This document shows positions 1-9,378 of a stretch of 64,000 bases of DNA, piece after piece (the first letter of the stretch is position 1; every line of letters starts with the position of its first letter). The stretch is from Patescibacteria group bacterium (lineage in GTDB: Bacteria > Patescibacteriota > Microgenomatia > 0-14-0-10-38-17): NCBI GenBank assembly GCA_050953885.1, contig JBMNNJ010000001.1, forward strand, positions 9,137 through 73,136, written 5' to 3'. The translations under genes were made by a program, and so were the position numbers. The notes under the pieces were generated by a model. The model had not been told where the DNA came from, did no database searches, and saw only the letters and a list, made by a program, of their open reading frames with translations.

Positions 1-151
1 CCTTATTTATCCGATAATTATCCTGTTTCATCCCGTGTGCTTCTTTATTAGTATAAAATTTAACTATTTAATAGTTTGATTTAACACGATGCTTAATACA
101 AATTTTCTTCATTGACAATTTCTTTTCCAAAAGGTTAAAATAGAAAGCAAG

Positions 152-613
152 ATGGGCGGGGAAAATTATTGGTTTTTGGGAATTTTGGCGGCGTGGCTGG
201 CGGCCCTAACGATTCTTTTTATTTTTCTTTACCGCCGCGTGGTGAAAATTTTTTCTACCGAGAAAAACCCCTCCTTTGACAAAATCTTAGATCAGTTAAT
301 CGCCTCGGTGAAAAAAAATGGCGGAGAAATTAAGAAAAATCAGGAGCAAGTTAAAATTTTAGCAAAAGAAGGCCAGTTTCATATCCAAAAAATAGGCCTA
401 GTGCGCTTTAATCCTTTTTCCCAAACCGGCGGGAATCAAAGCTTTTCTTTGGCCTTGCTTGATGGGAATAATGATGGTATTGTGATTAGCAGTCTTCATA
501 ATCGGGAAGAAACAAGGGTTTATGCTAAAATAGTGAAGAAGGGAGAGTCAGAAAAAGAAATGCCCTTTTCCGATGAAGAGAGGGAAGCCATTCGTCAAGC
601 TTTAAAAAAATGA
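152..613 (+). CDS. DUF4446 family membrane-anchored protein
   Basis: N-terminal TM helix, then QKIGLVRFNPF..GGNQSFSLALLD..GIVISSLH.R..R.YAK signature. Confidence 0.8.
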   Translation: MGGENYWFLGILAAWLAALTILFIFLYRRVVKIFSTEKNPSFDKILDQLIASVKKNGGEIKKNQEQVKILAKEGQFHIQKIGLVRFNPFSQTGGNQSFSLALLDGNNDGIVISSLHNREETRVYAKIVKKGESEKEMPFSDEEREAIRQALKK

Positions 614-1824
614 AAAAGATATTTAAAAATCCTCGATTAACTTTAGTAAGTGGCGGTTTATTGCTTTATTTAGCGGCCACGGGTATTTCTTACGCGGTTT
701 TTAGCGCCGCCAAAACAAGCGTGGTGGTTTCTCCTCTTTCGGAGGAAAAGGAAACGACGGGAGTGACGACGATTGATACCAGCGGGCCGCGGGATCAAGA
801 GTGTCCTTTAAATGGGGCTTATTTTACTAAAGGCGAACGGGAGGTTTGGGAGAAGCGGCGGCCATTAGCGGTGATGATTGAAAATCATGCGGACAGCCGG
901 CCGCAATCGGGCCTTTCCCGGGCAGATGTGGTTTATGAAGCGGTGGCGGAAGGAGGGATTAGCCGCTTTTTAGCGGTTTTTTATTGCGGGGCGGCGGCGG
1001 GTTCGGCTAAGCCTTATGATGTGGGACCGGTGCGCTCGGCGCGTACTTATTTCTTGGATTGGGCCTCTGAATATGCCGATTATCCTTTATATCTTCATGT
1101 GGGCGGAGCGGGGAAATGCGATGATCCGACGGTGGCTAAAGAGGCAAAGGCGCTTTGTCAGATTGAGCAGTATGGTTGGAAAGATAAAGGCAGTTGGAGC
1201 GACTTGGACCAGTTTTCTCTTCCCTATCAGGCTTGCCATCGGGAAATGACCCGCACCGGTCGCGAAGTGGCCACCGAGCACACGATGTACTGCGATACGG
1301 CTAATGTTTGGAAAATTGCCGAAGAGCGGGGTTTAACGAACGAAACGGCCAAAACAGGAGAAAAATGGGATGAGAATTTTCGGCCTTGGCTTTTTAAAGA
1401 GGAAGCGGCTTTGGAGGAAAGAGGTGAAGCCGCCAGTCCGATTAAAATTTATTTTTGGTCCAACCAGCCTCAATATGAGGTGGCGTGGGAATATAATCGG
1501 GAAGAAAATGTTTATAAACGTTCTAACGGCGGGCAGGAGCATATTGATTTTCTCACCGGTCAGCCGTTGACGGCCAAAGTGGTGGTGGTCCAATTTGCTA
1601 AAGAAACAACCGGCGTTGATGAGCATAAACATCTTCTTTACAAAACCACCGGCGAGGGCGAGGCTTTAATCTTTCAGGATGGTAAGGTGGTTCAGGCGAC
1701 GTGGGAAAAACCAAGTCGGACATCAAGAACGATTTTTAGTGATAAGAGCGGCCGGGAAATTCGTTTTAACCGTGGTCAAATTTGGGTTGAGGTTGTGCCT
1801 GCCGGTAACAAAATTACCTATTAA
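610..1824 (+). CDS. DUF3048 (YerB-like) exported protein
   Basis: RPLAVMIENH..RPQSGLS.AD.VYE..EGGI.R and GPVRSAR.YF motifs. Confidence 0.85.
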   Translation: MKKIFKNPRLTLVSGGLLLYLAATGISYAVFSAAKTSVVVSPLSEEKETTGVTTIDTSGPRDQECPLNGAYFTKGEREVWEKRRPLAVMIENHADSRPQSGLSRADVVYEAVAEGGISRFLAVFYCGAAAGSAKPYDVGPVRSARTYFLDWASEYADYPLYLHVGGAGKCDDPTVAKEAKALCQIEQYGWKDKGSWSDLDQFSLPYQACHREMTRTGREVATEHTMYCDTANVWKIAEERGLTNETAKTGEKWDENFRPWLFKEEAALEERGEAASPIKIYFWSNQPQYEVAWEYNREENVYKRSNGGQEHIDFLTGQPLTAKVVVVQFAKETTGVDEHKHLLYKTTGEGEALIFQDGKVVQATWEKPSRTSRTIFSDKSGREIRFNRGQIWVEVVPAGNKITY

Positions 1825-1826
1825 CT

Positions 1827-2408
1827 GTGTCGGGTTTTCTTTTTACTTCCCGTGTTCGGGAGAAAATTTTAGCGGAATTTTTTGCCCATCCCAAAACGAT
1901 GCTTTACGGCCGGCAATTAGGGCGTAATTTAGGTGAGCAGAGTAACGCTGTTCGTCGGGAACTTCTCAATTTAGAAAAAGAAGGAGTTTTGCGGTCCGAG
2001 AAAAGGGGCAATCGCCTTTATTTTTCTCTTAATTCCGAGCATCTCTTTTTCCCCGACCTTGAGGCTATTTTTGCCAAAAAAAATGCCTTGGGGGCGGCAA
2101 TAATTAAAAATAAGGGCCGATTGGGGAAAGTTAAGGCTGTTTTTTTCACGCGGCGTTTCCTTCGCCAATTACCACGACAGGAAAAGGAAGAAGTGGATAT
2201 TTTAGTAGTGGGCGAGGTGATTTTGCCGGAATTAGCGGCCTTGGTGGCCAAAGAGGAAGAAAGACGGGGGGAGGAGATTAATTATACGGTTATGGACGAG
2301 AAAGAATTCCGCTTTCGTCTTTCGGGAAAAGATCCTTTTTTAACCGATTTTCTTATTAAGCCGCGGGTAACAATTTTGGGCGACGAACTTTCTCTTTTGG
2401 CGGCCTGA
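1827..2408 (+). CDS. winged-helix protein with degenerate nucleotidyltransferase-like C-terminal domain
   Basis: N-terminal wHTH (NAVRREL.NL...G.L...KRGNRLYF), C-terminal VDILVVG...EINYTVM. Confidence 0.6.
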   Translation: MSGFLFTSRVREKILAEFFAHPKTMLYGRQLGRNLGEQSNAVRRELLNLEKEGVLRSEKRGNRLYFSLNSEHLFFPDLEAIFAKKNALGAAIIKNKGRLGKVKAVFFTRRFLRQLPRQEKEEVDILVVGEVILPELAALVAKEEERRGEEINYTVMDEKEFRFRLSGKDPFLTDFLIKPRVTILGDELSLLAA

Positions 2409-2426
2409 ATCAATTTCCCAAAAATT

Positions 2427-3800
2427 ATGAAAAGAACAAAACGCCTTTTTTGGTTAATTTTACTTTTAAGTTTAATTTGCCTTTATTTAAATCTTCCCGA
2501 AAAGCTGCCTTTGCGTTTTTCTTTTTTAGGACTTTCGGTAGATAAGGAGCTTAGTATCCCCCACCCGACAATTTCTTTTTTGGGAATAAGCATTCCTACC
2601 GCTTATCCCTTGCGTTTGGGAATGGATTTGGCGGGTGGCTCCCACTTGGTTTTTGAAACCGAAGTGGCGGGTCGGCCGGTAGAGGAGGTATCCTCGATTG
2701 AGGAAAGCCTGCGGGAAAATATCAGGCGGCGGGTGGATCTTTATGGGGTGAGCGAGGCAAGGGTAGAAACGGCGCGGGAACAGGATAACTTGCGATTAAT
2801 TGTGGAATTACCGGGAGTGGAGGAAACCGAGGAAGCGGTGGCCTTAATTGGCCAAACTGCCCAACTTGATTTTCGCCGTCAGATTGACGAGGCCAGCCCT
2901 TCGGCAGGTTTTGTTTCCACCGACTTAACCGGGGCAGATCTTAAAAAAGCGGGTATTGACTTTGACCCAACAACGGGCGAGCCTTTAATTACTTTAGAAT
3001 TTAGTCCGGAGGGAAGGGAAAAATTTGCCCGTTTAACCGAGGAAACAGTGGGGCAGATTTTGGCGATTTTTTTAGACGAAATGCCCCTTTCCTTGCCGGT
3101 GGTAGAGGAGCCGATTAAAGAAGGCAATGCGGTGATTAAGGGGGAATTTTCTTTGGAGGAGGCAAGAAAATTAGTGGCCCAGATGAATGCCGGAGCCTTG
3201 CCGGTTTCCTTAAAGCTGGTGGAACAGCGAACGGTAGAGGCGTCTTTAGGACAGGAAGCGGTTCGCCAAAGCCTTTGGGCCGGGGCGGTGGGAATTTTGG
3301 CGGTGATGATTTTTATGTTTGCTTATTATGGTAAATTAGGTTTAATTGCCGATCTTGCCTTACTTATTTACGGTCTTTTAACCTTAACGCTTTATCGGCT
3401 TATTCCGGTAACCCTTACTCTGCCCGGCATTGCCGGTTTAATTTTGTCAATTGGGATGGCGGTGGACGCGAATATTTTAATTTTTGAGCGTTTAAGAGAA
3501 GAACAACGTCAGGGGAAAGAAGGGATGACAGCCTTGGAGCTGGCCTTTGGCCGAGCTTGGGATTCAATTCGCGATGCCAACGCTTGCACCATTATTACCG
3601 CTTTTATTCTGCTTAATCCCTTTGACTGGAGTTTTTTCCCCACCGCGGGGATGATCCGCGGCTTTGCCCTTACCTTAGGACTAGGAGTGGTGCTTTCTTT
3701 GTTTACCGGGGTGGTGGTGAGCCGAACGCTAATAAGAGTTTTAGGGAGAGGCAAAGCACACGGGGTTAAACAGGATAATTACCGGATAAATAAGGCATAA
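2427..3800 (+). CDS. secD: protein translocase subunit SecD
   Basis: LGMDLAGG, VELPG, LTLPGIAG.ILSIGMAVDANILIFER, SIRDAN. Confidence 0.95.
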   Translation: MKRTKRLFWLILLLSLICLYLNLPEKLPLRFSFLGLSVDKELSIPHPTISFLGISIPTAYPLRLGMDLAGGSHLVFETEVAGRPVEEVSSIEESLRENIRRRVDLYGVSEARVETAREQDNLRLIVELPGVEETEEAVALIGQTAQLDFRRQIDEASPSAGFVSTDLTGADLKKAGIDFDPTTGEPLITLEFSPEGREKFARLTEETVGQILAIFLDEMPLSLPVVEEPIKEGNAVIKGEFSLEEARKLVAQMNAGALPVSLKLVEQRTVEASLGQEAVRQSLWAGAVGILAVMIFMFAYYGKLGLIADLALLIYGLLTLTLYRLIPVTLTLPGIAGLILSIGMAVDANILIFERLREEQRQGKEGMTALELAFGRAWDSIRDANACTIITAFILLNPFDWSFFPTAGMIRGFALTLGLGVVLSLFTGVVVSRTLIRVLGRGKAHGVKQDNYRINKA

Positions 3801-3819
3801 TGGGTAATAAGAAAGCGCA

Positions 3820-3960
3820 AAGCGTAAAACGCAAAGATTAGAACCTAATTCAAAATTTAAAAGTCAAAAGTACAAGTTAAAATTAAAAAGTAGAGCAAAA
3901 AAAACTTTTAACTTTGATCCGCCGGCTGGCGGATTGACTTTTACCTTTTGAATTATTTTT
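3820..3960. repeat. AT-rich palindromic CAAAA/TTTTG repeat element with CCGCCGGCTGGCGG core
   Basis: about 85 bp is a near inverted copy of 14288-14378; related arrays at 16360, 44757, 46150, 62640. Confidence 0.7.
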
Positions 3961-4015
3961 GCGCCAGTCATTCGCTCATTCGTGTCCATTCGTTTATCAT
4001 TCGTGTTAATTCGTG
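3961..4015 (-). repeat. short tandem ATTCG/CGAAT repeat array
   Basis: five ATTCG units; same family as 12578-12624 and 47152-47208. Confidence 0.7.
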
Positions 4016-4045
4016 TCTTTTAACAATTTAATAATAAAATTTTTT

Positions 4046-4915
4046 ATGAATTTTCTTAAATACCGTTATATCAGTTTTATTATTTCCGGACTTTTGCTGG
4101 GTTTGGCGGTTTTTTCGCTGGCCCGCTTTGGTTTGGTTTTGTCGCTTGATTTTACCGGCGGTTCGCTTTTGGAGGTAAAGCTTGGTCAGGAGGCTTCCAG
4201 CGGCGATCTTTGGACAGCCTTTGAGGAAAATAAAGTGGCTGTTTCTCAAATTCAAGAAACGCAGGAAGGCAGTTTCTTGATTCGCTTTGAGAACGATAAG
4301 AGTCAGGAGGAAATTTTGGCAGTTTTGACAGAAAACTTTGGGTCGGTGGAGAAATTACGCTTTGAAACAGTGAGCCCGACGATGGGGGGAGAATTATTTA
4401 CTAAGGCTTTAACCGCCTTGGTGGTGGCGGTGGCGCTGATTTTGCTTTACCTAAGTTGGCGATTCAAAAGCTATCAATTTGGTGTTTTTGCGATTTTGGC
4501 AATGCTTCATGACGCCCTTATTTTAACTGGTGTTTTTTCTCTTTTGGGAAAAGCCAGGGAAGTGGGAGTGGACGCGCTTTTCATCACCGCTCTTTTAACC
4601 ACCCTTTCCTCGTCGGTTCATGATACGGTGGTTACCTTTGATTACATTCGCAAGCAAACCGGACGCTTTTTTAGCGCGGATAATCTTGAAGAAATTGCCA
4701 ATAAGGCCTTAAACCAAACAATAGTACGCAATATTAACAATTCTCTAACGATTATTTTTATGTTAACGGCGGCGCTTCTTTTAGGCGGGGAGACGATTCG
4801 TTGGTTTGTGGTGGCTTTATTGGTGGGAACAATTTTAGGAACTTATTCTTCTACCTTTTTGGCGGTGCCGCTTTTGGTTACCTTTGAAGAGTGGCGGCGG
4901 AGGAGAAAAAAATAG
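4046..4915 (+). CDS. secF: protein translocase subunit SecF
   Basis: LDFTGG, HD in TM, S.HDTVVTFD.IR, GTYSS.F.A.P; ATG at 4046 preferred because the upstream start lies inside a repeat. Confidence 0.93.
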   Translation: MNFLKYRYISFIISGLLLGLAVFSLARFGLVLSLDFTGGSLLEVKLGQEASSGDLWTAFEENKVAVSQIQETQEGSFLIRFENDKSQEEILAVLTENFGSVEKLRFETVSPTMGGELFTKALTALVVAVALILLYLSWRFKSYQFGVFAILAMLHDALILTGVFSLLGKAREVGVDALFITALLTTLSSSVHDTVVTFDYIRKQTGRFFSADNLEEIANKALNQTIVRNINNSLTIIFMLTAALLLGGETIRWFVVALLVGTILGTYSSTFLAVPLLVTFEEWRRRRKK

Positions 4916-5007
4916 CCTTTGATTAACAGTAGTTCGTTATCCTGATGAAAATCAGGATCTACTTTTCTGGGTTTTAACGATGTTTTTCCCGCCAGTTGAG
5001 TAAGGTC

Positions 5008-6414
5008 TTATTTAGTTTTAATTTTTTCTATTTCCCGCAAGAGAGCGTCGCGATCGTTTTCCAGTTTGCCTTCTTCTACTTGGGCAAAAATTTCCTTAAG
5101 TACTTGGCCTACTTTTGGCCCGGGGGGAATATTTAGGCTTTCCATCACATCGTGTCCGTCTATTTTTAAATCGGTAACGCTAAATGGTTGTTTTTGAACT
5201 TCAATGAGGCGTTTTTTAAATTCTTCGGTGCGCCAGGAAGTTTTTTTCGCCCCGCTGCCCAGCCGGTCGCCGGTGCGCAGGGCCAGCATATCCTCCACAT
5301 TTTCCGGACCTACGCGACGCAGGAAACGCTTTAGGGCCTTATCGGTTTGATTTTCCGAAACCGAGAATTGATGCCAACGAACGAGACGATAAAGACGGTC
5401 TAAATCTTTATTGGAAAGGCGCAAGCGTTGGCCAATTTGGCGGGCCATTTTGGCGCCCACCACCTCGTGGTTATAAAAAGTGCGTTCGCCATTAATTTCG
5501 GCCACTACTTGGGGCTTACCGATATCATGAAGAAGGGTGGCCAGGCGGACAATCGGATCACTTGAGGGGCAGAACTGAACGGCAAGAAGAGAGTGGCGCC
5601 AAACATCCCAAAGATGGTGGCCCTTTTGTGTTAAATTATAGGCAGGAAGAAGTTCCGGAAAAATGTGTTCTAAAAGGCCGGTTTCGCGTAGAAGATTAAA
5701 GCCTTTTTCTACCTGATTGCTGGTTAAAATTTTAAAAATTTCTTCGCGAATTCGTTCCCCGGAGACTTTTTTAATTAGGACGGCGTTTTTTTTAATCGCC
5801 TGAAGGGTTTTCTTCTCGATTTCAAAGTCTAAAACGGTGGCTAAGCGAATTGCCCGTAAAAGCCGTAAAGCGTCTTCGGCAAAGCGTTCGTCGGGATTGC
5901 CGACGGCGCGAATCAGTTTTTTTTCTAAATCTTCTTGACCGCCAAAAGGGTCAATTAATTCCCACCCGGCGCTAAGATCCTGCTTTTTGGTTTGGGGGTT
6001 AATCTTGGGGCCTAAAGCCATGGCGTTAATGGTAAAGTCGCGGCGTGATAAATCTTCTTTAATGGTTTTTCCCCAAAAAATCTGGTCCGGATGGCGAAAA
6101 TCACCATAGCCTTTTTCTGAGCGGTAGGTGGTAATTTCAATGGGAGTAAATTTCGGGTGGGGGATTTTGACCGTGCCGTATTGATTGTCATAAAAACTTT
6201 CTTCAAAAAAACTTTGAACTTTTTCCGGTGGGGCGTTGGTGGCAAAATCCCAGTTGGTAATTTCTTTTTTTCCCAAGAGGATGTCGCGCACCGCGCCGCC
6301 AACCAAATAAATTTCCCCACCCGCGGCAATGAATTTTTCAAAAATAGCGTTGATTTCTTGGGGTAAGGGATAAGAAGACGGTTTATTTTCCCCAATGGTG
6401 TTATTATTTACCAT
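5008..6414 (-). CDS. cca: CCA tRNA nucleotidyltransferase with HD domain
   Basis: LVGGAVRD, DFAT, EITTYR, DLSRRDFTINAMA, EDALRLLRAIR, LLHDIGKP. Confidence 0.9.
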   Translation of the reverse strand: MVNNNTIGENKPSSYPLPQEINAIFEKFIAAGGEIYLVGGAVRDILLGKKEITNWDFATNAPPEKVQSFFEESFYDNQYGTVKIPHPKFTPIEITTYRSEKGYGDFRHPDQIFWGKTIKEDLSRRDFTINAMALGPKINPQTKKQDLSAGWELIDPFGGQEDLEKKLIRAVGNPDERFAEDALRLLRAIRLATVLDFEIEKKTLQAIKKNAVLIKKVSGERIREEIFKILTSNQVEKGFNLLRETGLLEHIFPELLPAYNLTQKGHHLWDVWRHSLLAVQFCPSSDPIVRLATLLHDIGKPQVVAEINGERTFYNHEVVGAKMARQIGQRLRLSNKDLDRLYRLVRWHQFSVSENQTDKALKRFLRRVGPENVEDMLALRTGDRLGSGAKKTSWRTEEFKKRLIEVQKQPFSVTDLKIDGHDVMESLNIPPGPKVGQVLKEIFAQVEEGKLENDRDALLREIEKIKTK

Positions 6415-6574
6415 GACTTTATTATAGCAAACAGGAAGCGTTGGTTCTTCTTGCCGCTTTTTGATTAGTAAATAACCCTATAGCTTGATAATTTCTCTTC
6501 ATTATCATTTATAACGGGAAAGCGACGCTTTTAAACTTTCGGCTTGGAAAAAATAAAGCACGGGGTAATTATTT

Positions 6575-7423
6575 TTAAGAGAGAAGCGTTTGGGCTTCTT
6601 CAAAAATAGCGGCGGCTTTTTTAGGGGGGATTTTGGCCTTGCGGGTAAAGTTAGGCCATTTTTTAAGCAGGTCTTTAACCAAGATAATTTTTTCCTCAAA
6701 GCACTGGCGGGCAAGATCGTCATCAAGAGAAGGGAGAATGGTTATCGGATAAAGATTTTGGCTTTCAATTAAATACTCCAAGCCGCGTTCTTGGGGATAG
6801 CGCCAGCCTAAAAGTTCAAGATGATAGCATTGGGCAAATTTTTGACTTCGGTGGGTAAATTTAGCATCAGTTACTAAGATAAAACTAATTTCTTTTTGGA
6901 AAAAAGCGGGGGTTTTAAAAAGTTCTCCTTTTTTAAGATCAAGAAATTTAGCGTAATTTTCCAAGATAATTTCGCTGGGGATTTTTTGTTTTGCCAAGGC
7001 GTGACGGAATTTGCACTCGCCGATGAATAATTCTTTTTCTTTCTGAGCCAAAAAATCAATTTCGTAGGTAAGGCAGTAACCTTTAAGATGCTGGTTGAGA
7101 AAAACCTCCCAGCCTTGATTTTCAAAAAGAGCGCCCACGTATTTTTCAAAAGGAAAACCGGTGGGGCCAAGACGCTGGATAGCTTTTTTAAGAGAAAACC
7201 GGATCCCCGCCTTGGGTTCATTTTCGTGAAGACGTTTTAGGACTTCTTCGTGAATGAGGGCGGTGGAGATGCCCGGGTAAACCAAGAGGCTAATCTCGTC
7301 GGCAATTTTTGTGGCTAATTTTTTAGAGGCGCCAGCCCGCCGCGCGCTTGAAAAAACCTTTTTCCAAGAAAAAGGTTCTTTTTGTCCCGCAAGATTAATA
7401 ACATAAAGAGGCTCTTCGACCAT
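6575..7423 (-). CDS. ATP-cone domain plus PD-(D/E)XK restriction-endonuclease-like protein
   Basis: N-terminal ATP-cone-like (G.KEPFS..K...S.RRAGA), GPTGFPFEKY, EID...ECKF. Confidence 0.75.
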   Translation of the reverse strand: MVEEPLYVINLAGQKEPFSWKKVFSSARRAGASKKLATKIADEISLLVYPGISTALIHEEVLKRLHENEPKAGIRFSLKKAIQRLGPTGFPFEKYVGALFENQGWEVFLNQHLKGYCLTYEIDFLAQKEKELFIGECKFRHALAKQKIPSEIILENYAKFLDLKKGELFKTPAFFQKEISFILVTDAKFTHRSQKFAQCYHLELLGWRYPQERGLEYLIESQNLYPITILPSLDDDLARQCFEEKIILVKDLLKKWPNFTRKAKIPPKKAAAIFEEAQTLLS

Positions 7424-7488
7424 CTTTTTAAGTATAGCAGGTTTTAAATAATAGTGATTTTTGAAAAAATAGTATAATATCAGTTATT

Positions 7489-8016
7489 ATGGGAAAAGAA
7501 AGAGAGAACTATAGCAGTGAGGATATTGATCGGAAAGGCACTAATTGCTCTTCTTTTTGTGCCTCTTTTTTGAGGTTGGGGGAAAATTATGGTCGGAAGA
7601 TAGAAGTGGAAGAGTGGCTTTCAAGATTAGTGGAGTCGTCAACAGCAATTTATGAAAATCTTGATGAATCTTTGGCGGCGCCAATTAGTGATATTATTTA
7701 TCACTTTGTAGATGAAGGAAAAGAAAAAGAGGCTTTTGCCCAATTCCCCTGCCTCTTATCACCCGAAGAAAGCCAATATTTTGCCGTGGAGTCATTATTT
7801 TTTATAGGCTTTGAAGTCGGTAGCCAAAAATTTAAGAATTTATCGGAGGAGGAGTCTTTTAGAAGAACCTTTACAATTCTTAAAAAGATACGTTTTTTAA
7901 ATGACCAAGGCGAGGAATTTTCGTCAAAAGTATTTAGCGAAGGAGTGTTTTTGGGTAAATTATTTAAGGGCAGGAACACAATATTCTTAAAAACATATCC
8001 CTTTTGTCTCAATTAA
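7489..8016 (+). CDS. hypothetical protein
   Basis: 175-aa ORF with upstream TATAAT; no recognised motif. Confidence 0.5.
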   Translation: MGKERENYSSEDIDRKGTNCSSFCASFLRLGENYGRKIEVEEWLSRLVESSTAIYENLDESLAAPISDIIYHFVDEGKEKEAFAQFPCLLSPEESQYFAVESLFFIGFEVGSQKFKNLSEEESFRRTFTILKKIRFLNDQGEEFSSKVFSEGVFLGKLFKGRNTIFLKTYPFCLN

Positions 8017-8023
8017 ATTAAGT

Positions 8024-8051
8024 TTTTTCCGAGGTTCGAACCTTGGGAAAA
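8024..8051. repeat. REP-like palindrome CCGAGGTTCGAACCTTGG
   Basis: hairpin between convergent genes; short form of the 9259 and 34973 elements. Confidence 0.6.
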
Positions 8052-8105
8052 GGAAAGAAGTAAGCTTGGTAAAAAACCAAAAGCTTTGCTAAAATTTTTG
8101 GCTGA

Positions 8106-9236
8106 TTAATTTCCGAGCGCTTTTTCTGCCCGCCAAGAGGCTTGCGATTTTTCCCTGATGGTTAACCCGCTGGTTTGTCTGATGGCTTTTTCAATAATAG
8201 CCAAGCTTTCGTCATAGACTTTTCGGTTTACTGGATAAGGAGTGCCGTCTTTACCGCCGTGAGCAAAAGTGTAGCGAGCCGGGTCTTCATAAGACGGTTT
8301 GGCTGCGTAAATAACTTCGGCCACCAAGCTAATGGCTCTGATTGTTTTGGGGCCAACTCCTTTAGTCATTAAAAGTTTTTCAAAATTGTCCGGTCGGTTA
8401 ATTACCGCCTGATTCAAGGCTTTTTTAAACTGGGGGCTTTCAAAATTAAGAAATTCCCTTTCCACCGGATGATGAGAAAACTCCCCGCCGGGTAGCTTAA
8501 GGATTTTGAATTGCCAATCATCTTGAGTACTTTTTAAGAGCGCTAAATCGCGCCATAAGGTTTTGCTTGATTGCACCAATTCTACTCCCACTTCCCTGTT
8601 TTTTTGGCTTTTAGGCGCGGTTAGATCCAAAACATTTTTAAGAAAAACTTGGGAAGCAATACCGCAATGGGGAGCATCAATAAAGTCTTTTTTTTCATCT
8701 CCCCACCAGTGGTATCGCCTCGCTTTCCCTTTTTCAATATTCATTCCTTGTTGGATAACCGTCCACTGGCCATTTTTAACAAAAATAAAATTATGGTGGT
8801 AAATTTGAAAACTATCTTGCACCAGACTGCTGTCTACTTTGGCCGCCGCTCGCGAGGAATAAATTAATCTTTTTACCTTTTCCTCGTCTAATGATAGCCG
8901 CCAGCCCCAGTTTTTAATTTCGTCAGGAGTTTTTCTTGAAGTTTTTCCCTTGCCGCCGCAGATAAAAATTCCCAGATCTTTTTCCAGGCCTCGAAAAGCA
9001 AATTTCAGTGCCCCCAAGGTGGTGGTCGTTAGGCCGGAGGCGTTCCAATCAAAAGCCAAAACACAGCCCAAAGATTGGAACCAAACCGGATCGGCCAGCC
9101 TTTTTAAAAATTCCTCCGGCCCAAATTCCCTTATTACGGCAATGCCGATCGCTCGGGCTAATCGGACCATGCGGTTAAAAAGCCAGCGAGGACAACGGCC
9201 CCAATCAAGAGTAAAATCAGCCACGCCGGTTCTCAT
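8106..9236 (-). CDS. DUF763 family protein
   Basis: RLADP.WFQS.GC...DWN.SG.TT, GGKG..SR.TP, AKVD...QD, GVGPKT.RA, F.HGGKDG.PYPV. Confidence 0.9.
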   Translation of the reverse strand: MRTGVADFTLDWGRCPRWLFNRMVRLARAIGIAVIREFGPEEFLKRLADPVWFQSLGCVLAFDWNASGLTTTTLGALKFAFRGLEKDLGIFICGGKGKTSRKTPDEIKNWGWRLSLDEEKVKRLIYSSRAAAKVDSSLVQDSFQIYHHNFIFVKNGQWTVIQQGMNIEKGKARRYHWWGDEKKDFIDAPHCGIASQVFLKNVLDLTAPKSQKNREVGVELVQSSKTLWRDLALLKSTQDDWQFKILKLPGGEFSHHPVEREFLNFESPQFKKALNQAVINRPDNFEKLLMTKGVGPKTIRAISLVAEVIYAAKPSYEDPARYTFAHGGKDGTPYPVNRKVYDESLAIIEKAIRQTSGLTIREKSQASWRAEKALGN

Positions 9237-9258
9237 AAGTTCATTTTAGCAAAAATTG

Positions 9259-9321
9259 CTTTTCCCGAGGTTCGAAGCTAATCAACCCCCGGAGTTAACT
9301 AGCTTCAAACCTCGGGAAAAG
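9259..9321. repeat. REPIN-like nested palindrome
   Basis: TTTTCCCGAGGTT.GAAGCTA...TAGCTTC.AACCTCGGGAAAA; near reverse complement of 34973-35031. Confidence 0.8.
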
Positions 9322-9378
9322 AGGCGTTTTGGTTTCTGGTGGTGGCAAGAGAAAGGTTTTTCTTCTATAATGATTCTT

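Noticed and set aside
9256-9378. N-terminal extensions of recJ, and likewise secF, dacA, gltX and efp
   Set aside because: The extensions run through repeats or promoters; downstream ATGs fit the families better
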